Shown here: piece after piece, positions 22,662 through 30,950 of the stretch
Position numbering within the stretch: position 1 is the stretch's first letter
How the letters are laid out: each line of letters starts with the position of its first letter
Source of the DNA: a virus
Reading direction: 5' to 3' (one strand)
IMG/VR virus record: IMGVR_UViG_3300045988_044299
Length of the DNA: 34,775 bases
The notes under the pieces: model-generated
Seen by the model: the letters and a program-made list of their open reading frames with translations, nothing else
What the model was told of the DNA's origin: nothing
The model's database searches: none
Translations under genes and position numbers: made by a program

Positions 22662-23069
22662 GTGGAGAGATTGAAACAAGATGAACTGAAGAACTGGATC
22701 GAGGAGCTGATCCGTGAGGGACAGCTGTGGAAATTCTACAAGTCGAAGGAGTGGATCACACTGAAGGAAGAAGTCCTGAAGGAAAACCACTACGAATGTG
22801 CTGAGTGTAGGAAGACCGGGAAGATCACACGATACGACGTGGACGAGAACGGAAACAAGAAGCTGATCAGCACAGTGCATCATGTGCAGTTCGTGCGGAA
22901 GCATCCGGCGCTTGCACTGAGTAAGACATACACCTTCGAGGGCAAGACGTACAGGAACCTGATGCCAGTGTGCAAGGCGTGCCACAACAAGCTGCACCCG
23001 GAAAAACGAAGACGAAGGAACAGATCGCAGGAGAACGACGACAGATATGTGAACGAAGAAAGATGGTAA
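22662..23069 (+). CDS. HNH endonuclease (terminase-associated)
   Basis: Contains CAEC ... VHHV ... NLMPVCKACHNKLH. The start could be GTG 22662 or TTG 22671. Confidence 0.85.
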   Translation: MERLKQDELKNWIEELIREGQLWKFYKSKEWITLKEEVLKENHYECAECRKTGKITRYDVDENGNKKLISTVHHVQFVRKHPALALSKTYTFEGKTYRNLMPVCKACHNKLHPEKRRRRNRSQENDDRYVNEERW

Positions 23070-23169
23070 CACCCCCCACCACCCCGTAGCCCCTTCCTGA
23101 AGGGGAAACCAACAACGGGAAGGGGGCACGACAAAAAAGCTACGCGCGCATACGCGAGGAAAAAGTGAG

Positions 23170-23490
23170 GTGATGGATATGGCAGCTAAATCAGAGAAGG
23201 CGATCAGGGAGTCACTGATGACACAGCTGAGAGCAAAGGGAGCAGACGTGTCGCACTTTGAGGGACTGGTGGACGATTATGTCGAGTATTTCCGCCTGGT
23301 CAAGAAGATGAAAGCCGACATCAAGAAGCGCGGCCTGTCCTACACTGCAACGTCTGCCGCCGGAAAAGAGTACGAGAAAGACAACCCGAACGTGAAGCTG
23401 TTACCGCAGTACACCAGGGCAATGCTGACGATCCTGAAAGACCTGGGACTAACGACGGATAAGGTCGCAGAGGAAGACATCGAGCTGTGA
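23170..23490 (+). CDS. terS: Terminase small subunit (P27-family-like)
   Basis: ~100-aa ORF directly upstream of and overlapping terL, with the KEYEKDNPNVKLL pattern. Alternative starts are ATG 23173 and ATG 23179. Confidence 0.75.
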   Translation: MMDMAAKSEKAIRESLMTQLRAKGADVSHFEGLVDDYVEYFRLVKKMKADIKKRGLSYTATSAAGKEYEKDNPNVKLLPQYTRAMLTILKDLGLTTDKVAEEDIEL

Positions 23491-25154
23491 CAGACATCAG
23501 CAGGATTCCGGAGATCCAGGACTGGATCGACATTGTTGAAAACGACACATACAAGTGCAGCAAAGATCAAAAATTGCTTGTAAAACACGTGAAAAAGTGC
23601 TTCAAAAACGAAAAAATTCACGTCAATACAGAGCAGTTGTCGAAATATATGCACATTGCGAAAGAGTATGTGCCGTTCGACCTTTTTCCGTGGCAGAAGT
23701 TCATCATCGCCCTGCATGACTGTACATATTGGGACGACAGTGGGATGCCGCGATGGCCGGATTTGTTCGCTATGTTAGGGCGTGGAGCAGGCAAGGACGG
23801 AACGATCGCCGTTGAAGCGTTCTGCCTGACATCACCGTACAACGGAATCAGAGAGTACGACGTGGACATCTGTGCCAACAACGAAGAGCAGGCCATGCGT
23901 CCGGTGCAGGATCTGACCGGATTTTTCGAGGAACCGAAGATTCTGCGTAAGATCAAAAAGTTTTACGACTGGACAAAGGAAAAGATCACATGCAGCAAGA
24001 CAAAGAGCACAGTCAAAGGACGAACCAACAGCCCGAAGGGCAAGGATGGCCTGCGTTCTGGCATCGTGATCTTCAACGAGATTCACCAGTATGAGAACTA
24101 CGACAACATAAACGTTTTTACGACCGGACTGGGAAAGAAAGAACACCCACGCCGGAGCTATTACACGACGAACGGAGACGTGCGAGAGGGGCCGCTGGAC
24201 GACCTTCTGGAAGATGCAGAGGGCATCTTGCAGGGAGAAGAAGACGACAACGGTCTGCTGCCGTTTGTCTGCCGCCTGGATAGCAAAAAAGAGGTTGACG
24301 ACGAGGCAAACTGGACAAAAGCAAACCCGTCATTGCCATACCTGCCGAACCTTCTGGCTGAAACCAGGAAAGAGTACAGGGAGTGGAAGAAGAATCCGGA
24401 GCGACTGCCTGCGTTCATGTCGAAACGAATGAACCTGACAGCCGGAGCGAAGGAAGCGGCGGTCACTTCCTGGGAAAACATCAAGGCAACGAACAAAGAA
24501 CTGCCGGAACTGAAAGGCTGGAGCTGCACTGTCGGGATTGACTACATGAAGACGTCCGACTTTGCAGCAGTGAACTTCCACTTCAAGGACGGAGACAAGC
24601 GATACGACATCAATCACGCCTGGATCTGTTCAGCATCGAAAGACATTCCGCGGATCAAGGCTCCGTGGCGTGAGTGGGTGAAGAAGGGACAGCTGGAGTA
24701 TGTGGACGACATCGAGATCCACCCGTCTGTAATTGCGAACTACATCGCAGAGACAGGGAAGAAGTATTCGATCGCTATGGTTGCGATAGATAACTACAGA
24801 TATTCTCTGTTATCTGACGCGCTGGCACGTGCCGGGATCTCAAAAGAGCACGGAAACCTGATACTTGTGAAGCAGACGGACATCATCACAGTGGTTCCGA
24901 TCATAGACCACTGCTTCTTGAACCAGTATTTTCACTGGGGCGATGATCCAGTGCTGAGATGGGCGACCAATAACACGAAGGTGATCCGGTACGGACGGCA
25001 GCAGGGAGCAGACAAGGGTTCATTCGTGTACGCAAAGATCGAGGCACGAAGCAGAAAGACGGATCCATTCATGGCACTGGTGGCGTCAATGGTTCCGGAA
25101 TCAAAGATAAAAGAACGACCGAAGGTCAGAAAGGTCAGAACGATAACACTATAG
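23487..25154 (+). CDS. terL: Terminase large subunit
   Basis: 555 aa. Walker-A-like GRGAGKDG, followed by a nuclease half. The GTGA start overlaps the terS stop. Confidence 0.9.
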   Translation: MTDISRIPEIQDWIDIVENDTYKCSKDQKLLVKHVKKCFKNEKIHVNTEQLSKYMHIAKEYVPFDLFPWQKFIIALHDCTYWDDSGMPRWPDLFAMLGRGAGKDGTIAVEAFCLTSPYNGIREYDVDICANNEEQAMRPVQDLTGFFEEPKILRKIKKFYDWTKEKITCSKTKSTVKGRTNSPKGKDGLRSGIVIFNEIHQYENYDNINVFTTGLGKKEHPRRSYYTTNGDVREGPLDDLLEDAEGILQGEEDDNGLLPFVCRLDSKKEVDDEANWTKANPSLPYLPNLLAETRKEYREWKKNPERLPAFMSKRMNLTAGAKEAAVTSWENIKATNKELPELKGWSCTVGIDYMKTSDFAAVNFHFKDGDKRYDINHAWICSASKDIPRIKAPWREWVKKGQLEYVDDIEIHPSVIANYIAETGKKYSIAMVAIDNYRYSLLSDALARAGISKEHGNLILVKQTDIITVVPIIDHCFLNQYFHWGDDPVLRWATNNTKVIRYGRQQGADKGSFVYAKIEARSRKTDPFMALVASMVPESKIKERPKVRKVRTITL

Positions 25155-25170
25155 CGAGGAGGTGAGGACA

Positions 25171-26334
25171 ATGGGATGGATCAGTAATTTTTTAGAGAAA
25201 ATTATGCCGACAAAGCAGCAGATCGGAGGAGATGCGACGGCGGTTGTGATAGATATTCCTGCGGAACTGTACTACAAGGAGCTGGCGATCTACACGGCCA
25301 CGTCACTGATTGCGAATGCAATCTCACGATCTGAGATCAAGTGCTTCGTCGGAGGAAAACCCACGAAGAGCGAAGACTATTTTCTTCTGAATGTGTCACC
25401 GAACGCAAATGAGACAAGTTCAATCTTTTGGCACAAGGTCATCAACAAGGCGATCAGGGAAGGAAAGGCCCTGGTGGTGGATGCGGCCGGGAAGCTGTAC
25501 TGTGCAGACTCATGGATCAGGGAGCAGGAGCGTCCGATCCTGGGAGACATCTACAGCGGAGTAACAACAGGGAATTTCCAGTTCAACAAGACATTCACAC
25601 AAAACGACTGTTACATGTTCACGCTGGACAATATCAATGTGAAGCAGCTGATCGACGGCATGTACGAAGAATACGGGAAGATCATGTCGGCAGCGGCACA
25701 GGCGTTCAAAAAGTCTAACGGACAGAAGTACAAGATCCATATTGACGGAGTGAAGTCTGGAGACGAGGAGTTCGAGAAAGAGTTTGAAAACGAAATATCT
25801 GAGCAGTTGAAAAGCTATATAGAGTCCGACAATGCAGTCTATCCGGAATTTGACGGCTACAGCCTGGAACCGGACAAGGCTACGACATCAGCGAAGAGTT
25901 CAGCGGACTTCGTACAGCTCCGGAGTGATCTATTCAAGACGGTAGCGGGCGCGATGCACATACCTGAATCAATGATGACAGGGAACATCACGAACATGTC
26001 GGAGGTCGTAGGAGCGTTCCTGTCCTTCGGCGTGGATCCATACGCAGATATGATCACGGAAGGACTGAATAAACGCGGAGGAGCAGAGAACTACATAAAA
26101 GGCAACTTCTACATGGTTGATACAGGCAAGATCCAGCATCGTGACCTGTTCAATATAGCGGCAGGCATATCCAACCTGATCAGTTCCGGAACGTACTGCA
26201 TCGACGAAGTGCGTGAGGAGCTAGGCATGGCACCGCTGAATACAGAATGGAGTCGCAAGCACTTCATCACGAAGAACTTCGAGGAGATCGGAAGATTCCT
26301 GAAGGGGGCAGAAGGAGGTGAAAACAAAGCATGA
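25171..26334 (+). CDS. Portal protein (HK97-type)
   Basis: The size, its position after terL and its position before the ClpP-like protease all fit a portal. GAGGAGGTGA ribosome-binding site precedes ATG 25171. Confidence 0.85.
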   Translation: MGWISNFLEKIMPTKQQIGGDATAVVIDIPAELYYKELAIYTATSLIANAISRSEIKCFVGGKPTKSEDYFLLNVSPNANETSSIFWHKVINKAIREGKALVVDAAGKLYCADSWIREQERPILGDIYSGVTTGNFQFNKTFTQNDCYMFTLDNINVKQLIDGMYEEYGKIMSAAAQAFKKSNGQKYKIHIDGVKSGDEEFEKEFENEISEQLKSYIESDNAVYPEFDGYSLEPDKATTSAKSSADFVQLRSDLFKTVAGAMHIPESMMTGNITNMSEVVGAFLSFGVDPYADMITEGLNKRGGAENYIKGNFYMVDTGKIQHRDLFNIAAGISNLISSGTYCIDEVREELGMAPLNTEWSRKHFITKNFEEIGRFLKGAEGGENKA

Positions 26335-27140
26335 AACGAAAAGCAGTATACCAGATCGTAGAGAATGCAGAAACAAGGACAGCAGACATCAATATTTACG
26401 GAGACATCACATCAGCAGCAGAGCTGTACAGGAATTGGGGATGCAGTGAAGGAGAAGTGTCTGCGCGAGACGTAAAGCAGGCAATCGAAGGACTGGACGT
26501 GGACACAATCAACGTGTACATCAACAGCTACGGCGGAGAAGTGGCGGAAGCCCTGGCCATCTATTCGAGCCTGAAACGTCACAGCGCACAGATCCATACA
26601 TTCTGCGACGGATTCGCATGTTCCGCCGCAACAATCGTATTCTGTGCAGGAGACGTCAGAACAATGGGAGCAATCGCCCTTCTGATGATCCATAACTGCA
26701 TGTCATATCTTGGCTACGCAAACAGTGAAGAGATGCGAAAGGCAGCAGAAGACAACGACAAGATCAATCAGTCCAGCATCGAGGCATACAAGTCTGTATG
26801 CAATCTGACAGAGGACGAGATCAAGGAAAAGATGAACGCCGAAACATGGCTGACGGCGCAAGAATGCCTTGACTTTGGCTTTGCGACAGAGATCGCAGAC
26901 CAGGAAGAAGAGGACGGAGAAACACAGCAGACAGCCTTCGGCATGATCAGACAGGCCGTACTGGGAGCACAGCAGCACCAGAAAGGCGATGCAATCATGC
27001 AGAAACTTGACAATATCCAGGCAACACTGGACGGCATGAAGAAAGCAGGTGATCCACAGCATCTTGACGGCCAGAAACAGACTGGCGATCCGAAACCAGA
27101 GGAAAACTTTTTAAAAACGTTATTCACAAATTTAATTTAA
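26331..27140 (+). CDS. ClpP-family prohead (head maturation) protease
   Basis: Pattern YINSYGGEV ... GFACSAAT ... LMIHN, containing Ser and His catalytic residues. Confidence 0.85.
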   Translation: MKRKAVYQIVENAETRTADINIYGDITSAAELYRNWGCSEGEVSARDVKQAIEGLDVDTINVYINSYGGEVAEALAIYSSLKRHSAQIHTFCDGFACSAATIVFCAGDVRTMGAIALLMIHNCMSYLGYANSEEMRKAAEDNDKINQSSIEAYKSVCNLTEDEIKEKMNAETWLTAQECLDFGFATEIADQEEEDGETQQTAFGMIRQAVLGAQQHQKGDAIMQKLDNIQATLDGMKKAGDPQHLDGQKQTGDPKPEENFLKTLFTNLI

Positions 27141-27148
27141 GGGAGGAC

Positions 27149-28333
27149 ATGAAAGTAATGTTTAAAGCAAATTCAGCGGTACGCGACGCAGTGGTCGCTA
27201 TGCAGTCCGCAATCGAAAGCGGAAACAAAGAAAACATCACAGCAGCCTTCGAGAAATTCGGGGAAAGCATTGCCAGCACTGTGCAGGCAGACTTTGAGAG
27301 CGCCCACGGAGACAAAGAAGTGCTGCTTCAGAGAGGCTTCCGTGTGCTTACAGCGACGGAACAGAAATACTACGAGAAAGTCATCGAGGCAGGAAAACAG
27401 AAGACTGTGCAGACTATGAACGGCCTTCTGACACCGGAGGTCATGCCGACAACCATCATCGAAGATGTGTACAGAGATCTGACAGAAGAGCATCCACTGC
27501 TTGCAAGGATCAATTTTGTATCTGTGCAGTACCTTACAAGATGGATCCTGAACGATCACACAGCAGATTCTGCGGTATGGGGCGACGTCAATGACGAGAT
27601 CACAAAGCAGATCACATCTTCCTTCAAGACTGTAGAGATCAAGCAGTGCAAGCTGTCCGCGTTTGCAATCATCGAGAAGGATATGCTTGAGCTTGGCCCG
27701 GTATTCCTGGACGCTTACATTCGCGCATTCCTGAAGGAAGCACTTGCAAAGGCACTTGAAAAAGCAATCATCTCCGGAAATGGCAACAAGTGTCCGATCG
27801 GAATGGACAGAGATATTCACGAAGGCGTGAGCGTGAGTACATCAACAGGTTATCCACAGAAGAAGGCTGTAGCATTGACCAGCTTCATGCCGGAAGAGTA
27901 TGGAAAAGTTCTGGCACAACTTGCGAAGACAGAGAAAGGAAACGACCGTGTATTCGATCAGGTAACACTGATCTGCAACATGCAGGACTATCTGAGCAAG
28001 ATCATGCCAGCGACTACAGTCTTGTCAGCAATCGGAAGCTACACAACAAGTGTATTCCCATTCCCAACAGAAGTGATCAGATCTTCGGAGATGGAAACAG
28101 GAAAGGCCATTCTGGTACTTCCAGAAGAGTATTTCATGGGACTTGGAACCAGCAAGGACGGCACACTGGAATACAGTGACGAGTTCAAGTTCCTGGCTGA
28201 TCAGAGAGTGTTCAAGATCAAACTTCACGGAATGGGTAAAGCATACGACAATACCGTAGCGATTCTTCTGGACATCAGCAAGTTGAAGGCTGCATACATC
28301 CAGGTGGAAGGTACACCGGACGCAACAGCCTGA
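27149..28333 (+). CDS. Major capsid protein (HK97 fold family)
   Basis: ~390-aa ORF directly after the prohead protease. An alternative start exists at ATG 27158. Confidence 0.85.
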   Translation: MKVMFKANSAVRDAVVAMQSAIESGNKENITAAFEKFGESIASTVQADFESAHGDKEVLLQRGFRVLTATEQKYYEKVIEAGKQKTVQTMNGLLTPEVMPTTIIEDVYRDLTEEHPLLARINFVSVQYLTRWILNDHTADSAVWGDVNDEITKQITSSFKTVEIKQCKLSAFAIIEKDMLELGPVFLDAYIRAFLKEALAKALEKAIISGNGNKCPIGMDRDIHEGVSVSTSTGYPQKKAVALTSFMPEEYGKVLAQLAKTEKGNDRVFDQVTLICNMQDYLSKIMPATTVLSAIGSYTTSVFPFPTEVIRSSEMETGKAILVLPEEYFMGLGTSKDGTLEYSDEFKFLADQRVFKIKLHGMGKAYDNTVAILLDISKLKAAYIQVEGTPDATA

Positions 28334-28350
28334 GAAAGAGGTGAAAAAGA

Positions 28351-28659
28351 GTGCTGAACAGGGATAAAATGCCAGCCGACTGCCTGAAGCAGGTGAAGCG
28401 GCATCTGAATATCACGTGGTCAGACTCTGACACCGATGACAAGATCATCGACATGATGATGGATGCAGAAGTGGAGCTGAATCATATCCTGGGGGCAGAA
28501 GGCAATTACTTCGCCCCTGGTATGCAGAGAAGGTTGTTTCTGAACTATATGCTGTACGCATGGAATGACTGCCTGAATGAGTTCGAGGACGCATACAGGA
28601 AAGAGATCCTGCGGATCCGGCACTACAACAGAGTGAAAGGAGCAGCACATGAAGAGTAG
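28351..28659 (+). CDS. Head-tail connector protein (gp6-like)
   Basis: ~100 aa, in the position after the capsid gene. AGAGGTGA ribosome-binding site 6 nt before GTG 28351. Confidence 0.7.
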   Translation: MLNRDKMPADCLKQVKRHLNITWSDSDTDDKIIDMMMDAEVELNHILGAEGNYFAPGMQRRLFLNYMLYAWNDCLNEFEDAYRKEILRIRHYNRVKGAAHEE

Positions 28660-28996
28660 GTTCAGCAGGTACAACGACGGAATGCTGTATGTGTGCGAAC
28701 AGCGGCAGCAGGACACAGACTTTTCAGCAGTGAAAAATGCCAGAAGCATGAAAGATCTGAACAAGATCCTGAAGCTGGCATATGAAGAAAAGTCAAAGAG
28801 GGACGAAGACATTCAGTTCGCAGAAAGCATCGGGCGCAGCCTGTCAATGAAAGTGAAGACAAGATCACACGAAAAAGTGGACAGCACAAAGAAAATCACG
28901 ATCGGAGACAAGCTGTACAGCATCATCAACATAGACCACGACAGGACAACAAAAGAAATGTACCTGTATCTGGAGGAAGAGAGGACGATCAAATGA
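28649..28996 (+). CDS. Head closure / head-tail adaptor protein
   Basis: 115 aa, with size, order and overlapping-gene architecture typical of this role. Confidence 0.65.
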   Translation: MKSRFSRYNDGMLYVCEQRQQDTDFSAVKNARSMKDLNKILKLAYEEKSKRDEDIQFAESIGRSLSMKVKTRSHEKVDSTKKITIGDKLYSIINIDHDRTTKEMYLYLEEERTIK

Positions 28997-29376
28997 GCAG
29001 TATATTGACGGCCACAAAGAACACGCTGGAAGAGCTGGCGAGAAGCACAGAGGTTCCGATGGCGGGAGCATACTACGGAGCATGTAGAGAAAAGAACCTG
29101 AAAGAGTGGAACTATTTTGTGTTCAACAGAAAAAAGACGGATAAAGCGTCGAACCGTGTGGATTATCAGACATTCTACCAGGTACACGTAGTACATGAAG
29201 ACTACATTCCGGAAGGATACATACAGAAAGTGATCGAAACGCTGGAGGCACAGAAAGACGCGAAGCTGAAAGCGACTGCGGATCCGGTCGAGTACAACTA
29301 TACATTCAAGAATAACACAGACATGGTTGTGGAAATCGCAACGATCACGTTATTCCATCCGGAAAAGAGGTGCTGA
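28993..29376 (+). CDS. Neck/tail structural protein of unknown family
   Basis: 127-aa ORF with an ATGA start-stop overlap inside the head-tail joining block. Confidence 0.5.
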   Translation: MSSILTATKNTLEELARSTEVPMAGAYYGACREKNLKEWNYFVFNRKKTDKASNRVDYQTFYQVHVVHEDYIPEGYIQKVIETLEAQKDAKLKATADPVEYNYTFKNNTDMVVEIATITLFHPEKRC

Positions 29377-29377
29377 T

Positions 29378-29773
29378 ATGGCAACGTTTGAACTGGACGC
29401 ACAGGAGCTGGACGAGCTTCAGCAGAAGATGGAGGAATACGGAGAAGGTGCTGCGCGACAGATCAACGACGTACTGCACGGAGAAGGCGCAAAGGAAATC
29501 AATGACCAGATCATGCGAATCCTTCCGGCATCAGGAAGACGCTGGAAGGGAAAAAAAGCGCCAGCAAGCACAGCACAGCCATTCACACAGGAAGACGGTA
29601 TGCTGTCGGTTACGATCAAGACCGTGAAGGCATACAACTATCTGTATTTTCCAGACGATGGAAGCAACACAAAGAAACATGCTGGCAATCAGCAGTTTAT
29701 GGCGTCAGGCGCAGAAAACGCGAGCAATCGCATTATGGAACTGTGCATCGGGCACCTGACAGAAGAATTTTAA
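29378..29773 (+). CDS. HK97 gp10-like tail completion protein
   Basis: 131 aa with an AGAGGTG ribosome-binding site. It precedes the major tail protein. Confidence 0.6.
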   Translation: MATFELDAQELDELQQKMEEYGEGAARQINDVLHGEGAKEINDQIMRILPASGRRWKGKKAPASTAQPFTQEDGMLSVTIKTVKAYNYLYFPDDGSNTKKHAGNQQFMASGAENASNRIMELCIGHLTEEF

Positions 29774-29786
29774 GGAGGAGCAGAAC

Positions 29787-30368
29787 ATGACAAAAGGTGT
29801 TTTTTCAGAATTTGAAGTGAAAGAACAGTGGATCAAAGTGGCGGGCGAAGAAAACTATTCGACTATGAGCTGCGTCGGATCCAGCGAGGAAGAACTGGAA
29901 GTTAAAGTTATCACGAAGAAATGCCGCGGAGCGAAAGCGAAAGAGAAAGTAAAAGGAACCGGAAGTGGAACCCTCACAGAATCTCTTCACGTACCGCGAG
30001 ACGTCTACAACAAAATGTACGATATGACAAGAGCAAACCTGAAGAAAGGCGTGTATGCATACGGACAGAACAGCAGTCATCCGGAATTTTCTATCACACA
30101 GAGAGTCCTGGACGAAGATGACGAAGAGAAGTTCAAAGCATACCCACGCTGCATTCTGGAAAGCGGCCCGAAAAGATCCGTCGAGAACGGGCAGGAAGAA
30201 GTTCCAGAGCTGGAGCTTACGATCACACTTCTTCCGGACGATAACGGAGAGTGTATGTACGAAGCACTGAAGAGCGAACTGGACGAAGAGGTAGCAGGAA
30301 AGTGGCTGGAACACTTCGACACATCACTGGTACAGAGCACTGTGGTTCCTGTATCGGACGGTCAGTAG
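29787..30368 (+). CDS. Major tail protein
   Basis: 193 aa, immediately upstream of the frameshifted chaperone pair and the tape measure gene. Confidence 0.7.
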   Translation: MTKGVFSEFEVKEQWIKVAGEENYSTMSCVGSSEEELEVKVITKKCRGAKAKEKVKGTGSGTLTESLHVPRDVYNKMYDMTRANLKKGVYAYGQNSSHPEFSITQRVLDEDDEEKFKAYPRCILESGPKRSVENGQEEVPELELTITLLPDDNGECMYEALKSELDEEVAGKWLEHFDTSLVQSTVVPVSDGQ

Positions 30369-30384
30369 AGGGGAGAACAGGAGC

Positions 30385-30741
30385 ATGGCGAAATTTTACA
30401 AAATCAGCACACAGGACGGAAACAAGATTGATCTGACTCTGAACCTGGGAGCACTTGCAGAACTGTCAAAGAGCAGGAAAGATCTGTCAGACCGTTATTT
30501 TGAGCTGTACAAGAAGATGCAGGGCAAGAACGGCGGGCTGAACGAGGTTGAAATGGGAGAAGTACTGTATATCGCATACGCATGTGCACATGTCGGTGAA
30601 GATATACCGGATCTGATCACATTCCTGCATGACCTGACAGACAACAGGGAAGAGTTCGGACAGGTATTTCAGCAGTTGTTCGGAGTACAGGAAAAAAAAC
30701 AGAATTTGCAGCAGCATTCGAGAAAGCAGCGAAGAGGATAG
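30385..30741 (+). CDS. Tail assembly chaperone (gpG-like, zero-frame product)
   Basis: It occupies the conserved position before the tape measure gene and contains a slippery A-run near its 3' end. Confidence 0.75.
   Translation: MAKFYKISTQDGNKIDLTLNLGALAELSKSRKDLSDRYFELYKKMQGKNGGLNEVEMGEVLYIAYACAHVGEDIPDLITFLHDLTDNREEFGQVFQQLFGVQEKKQNLQQHSRKQRRG
30693..30699 (+). promoter_or_regulatory. -1 programmed ribosomal frameshift slippery heptamer A_AAA_AAA
   Basis: The zero-frame codons are GAA AAA AAA CAG. The -1 frame is open from 30699 to TAA 30948-30950 and gives a sensible protein sequence. Confidence 0.7.
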
Positions 30742-30950
30742 GAAACGGAAGAAGCATCAAACTTCCAAAATTTGAACTATATGAAATTGAGGACTACTAC
30801 ACATTTTACGTCATCATCATGGAAATTCCGGAGAGTACGTTCTGGGAAAACGATCTGCGGTTCCTGGATGCAGTCCTGAGAAACAAGGCTGCATATGACA
30901 GATGGATGCGGTACGCGATAGAGAAGGAGGGAGAACGGCGTGGCAAATAA
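30699..30950 (+). CDS. gpT-like -1 frame extension of the tail assembly chaperone (G-T fusion 30385-30699 plus 30699-30950)
   Basis: The -1 frame translates as TEFAAAFEKAAKRIGNGRSIKLPKFELYEIEDYY ... AYDRWMRYAIEKEGERRGK. It has no independent start or ribosome-binding site. Confidence 0.7.
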   Translation, partial: TEFAAAFEKAAKRIGNGRSIKLPKFELYEIEDYYTFYVIIMEIPESTFWENDLRFLDAVLRNKAAYDRWMRYAIEKEGERRGK

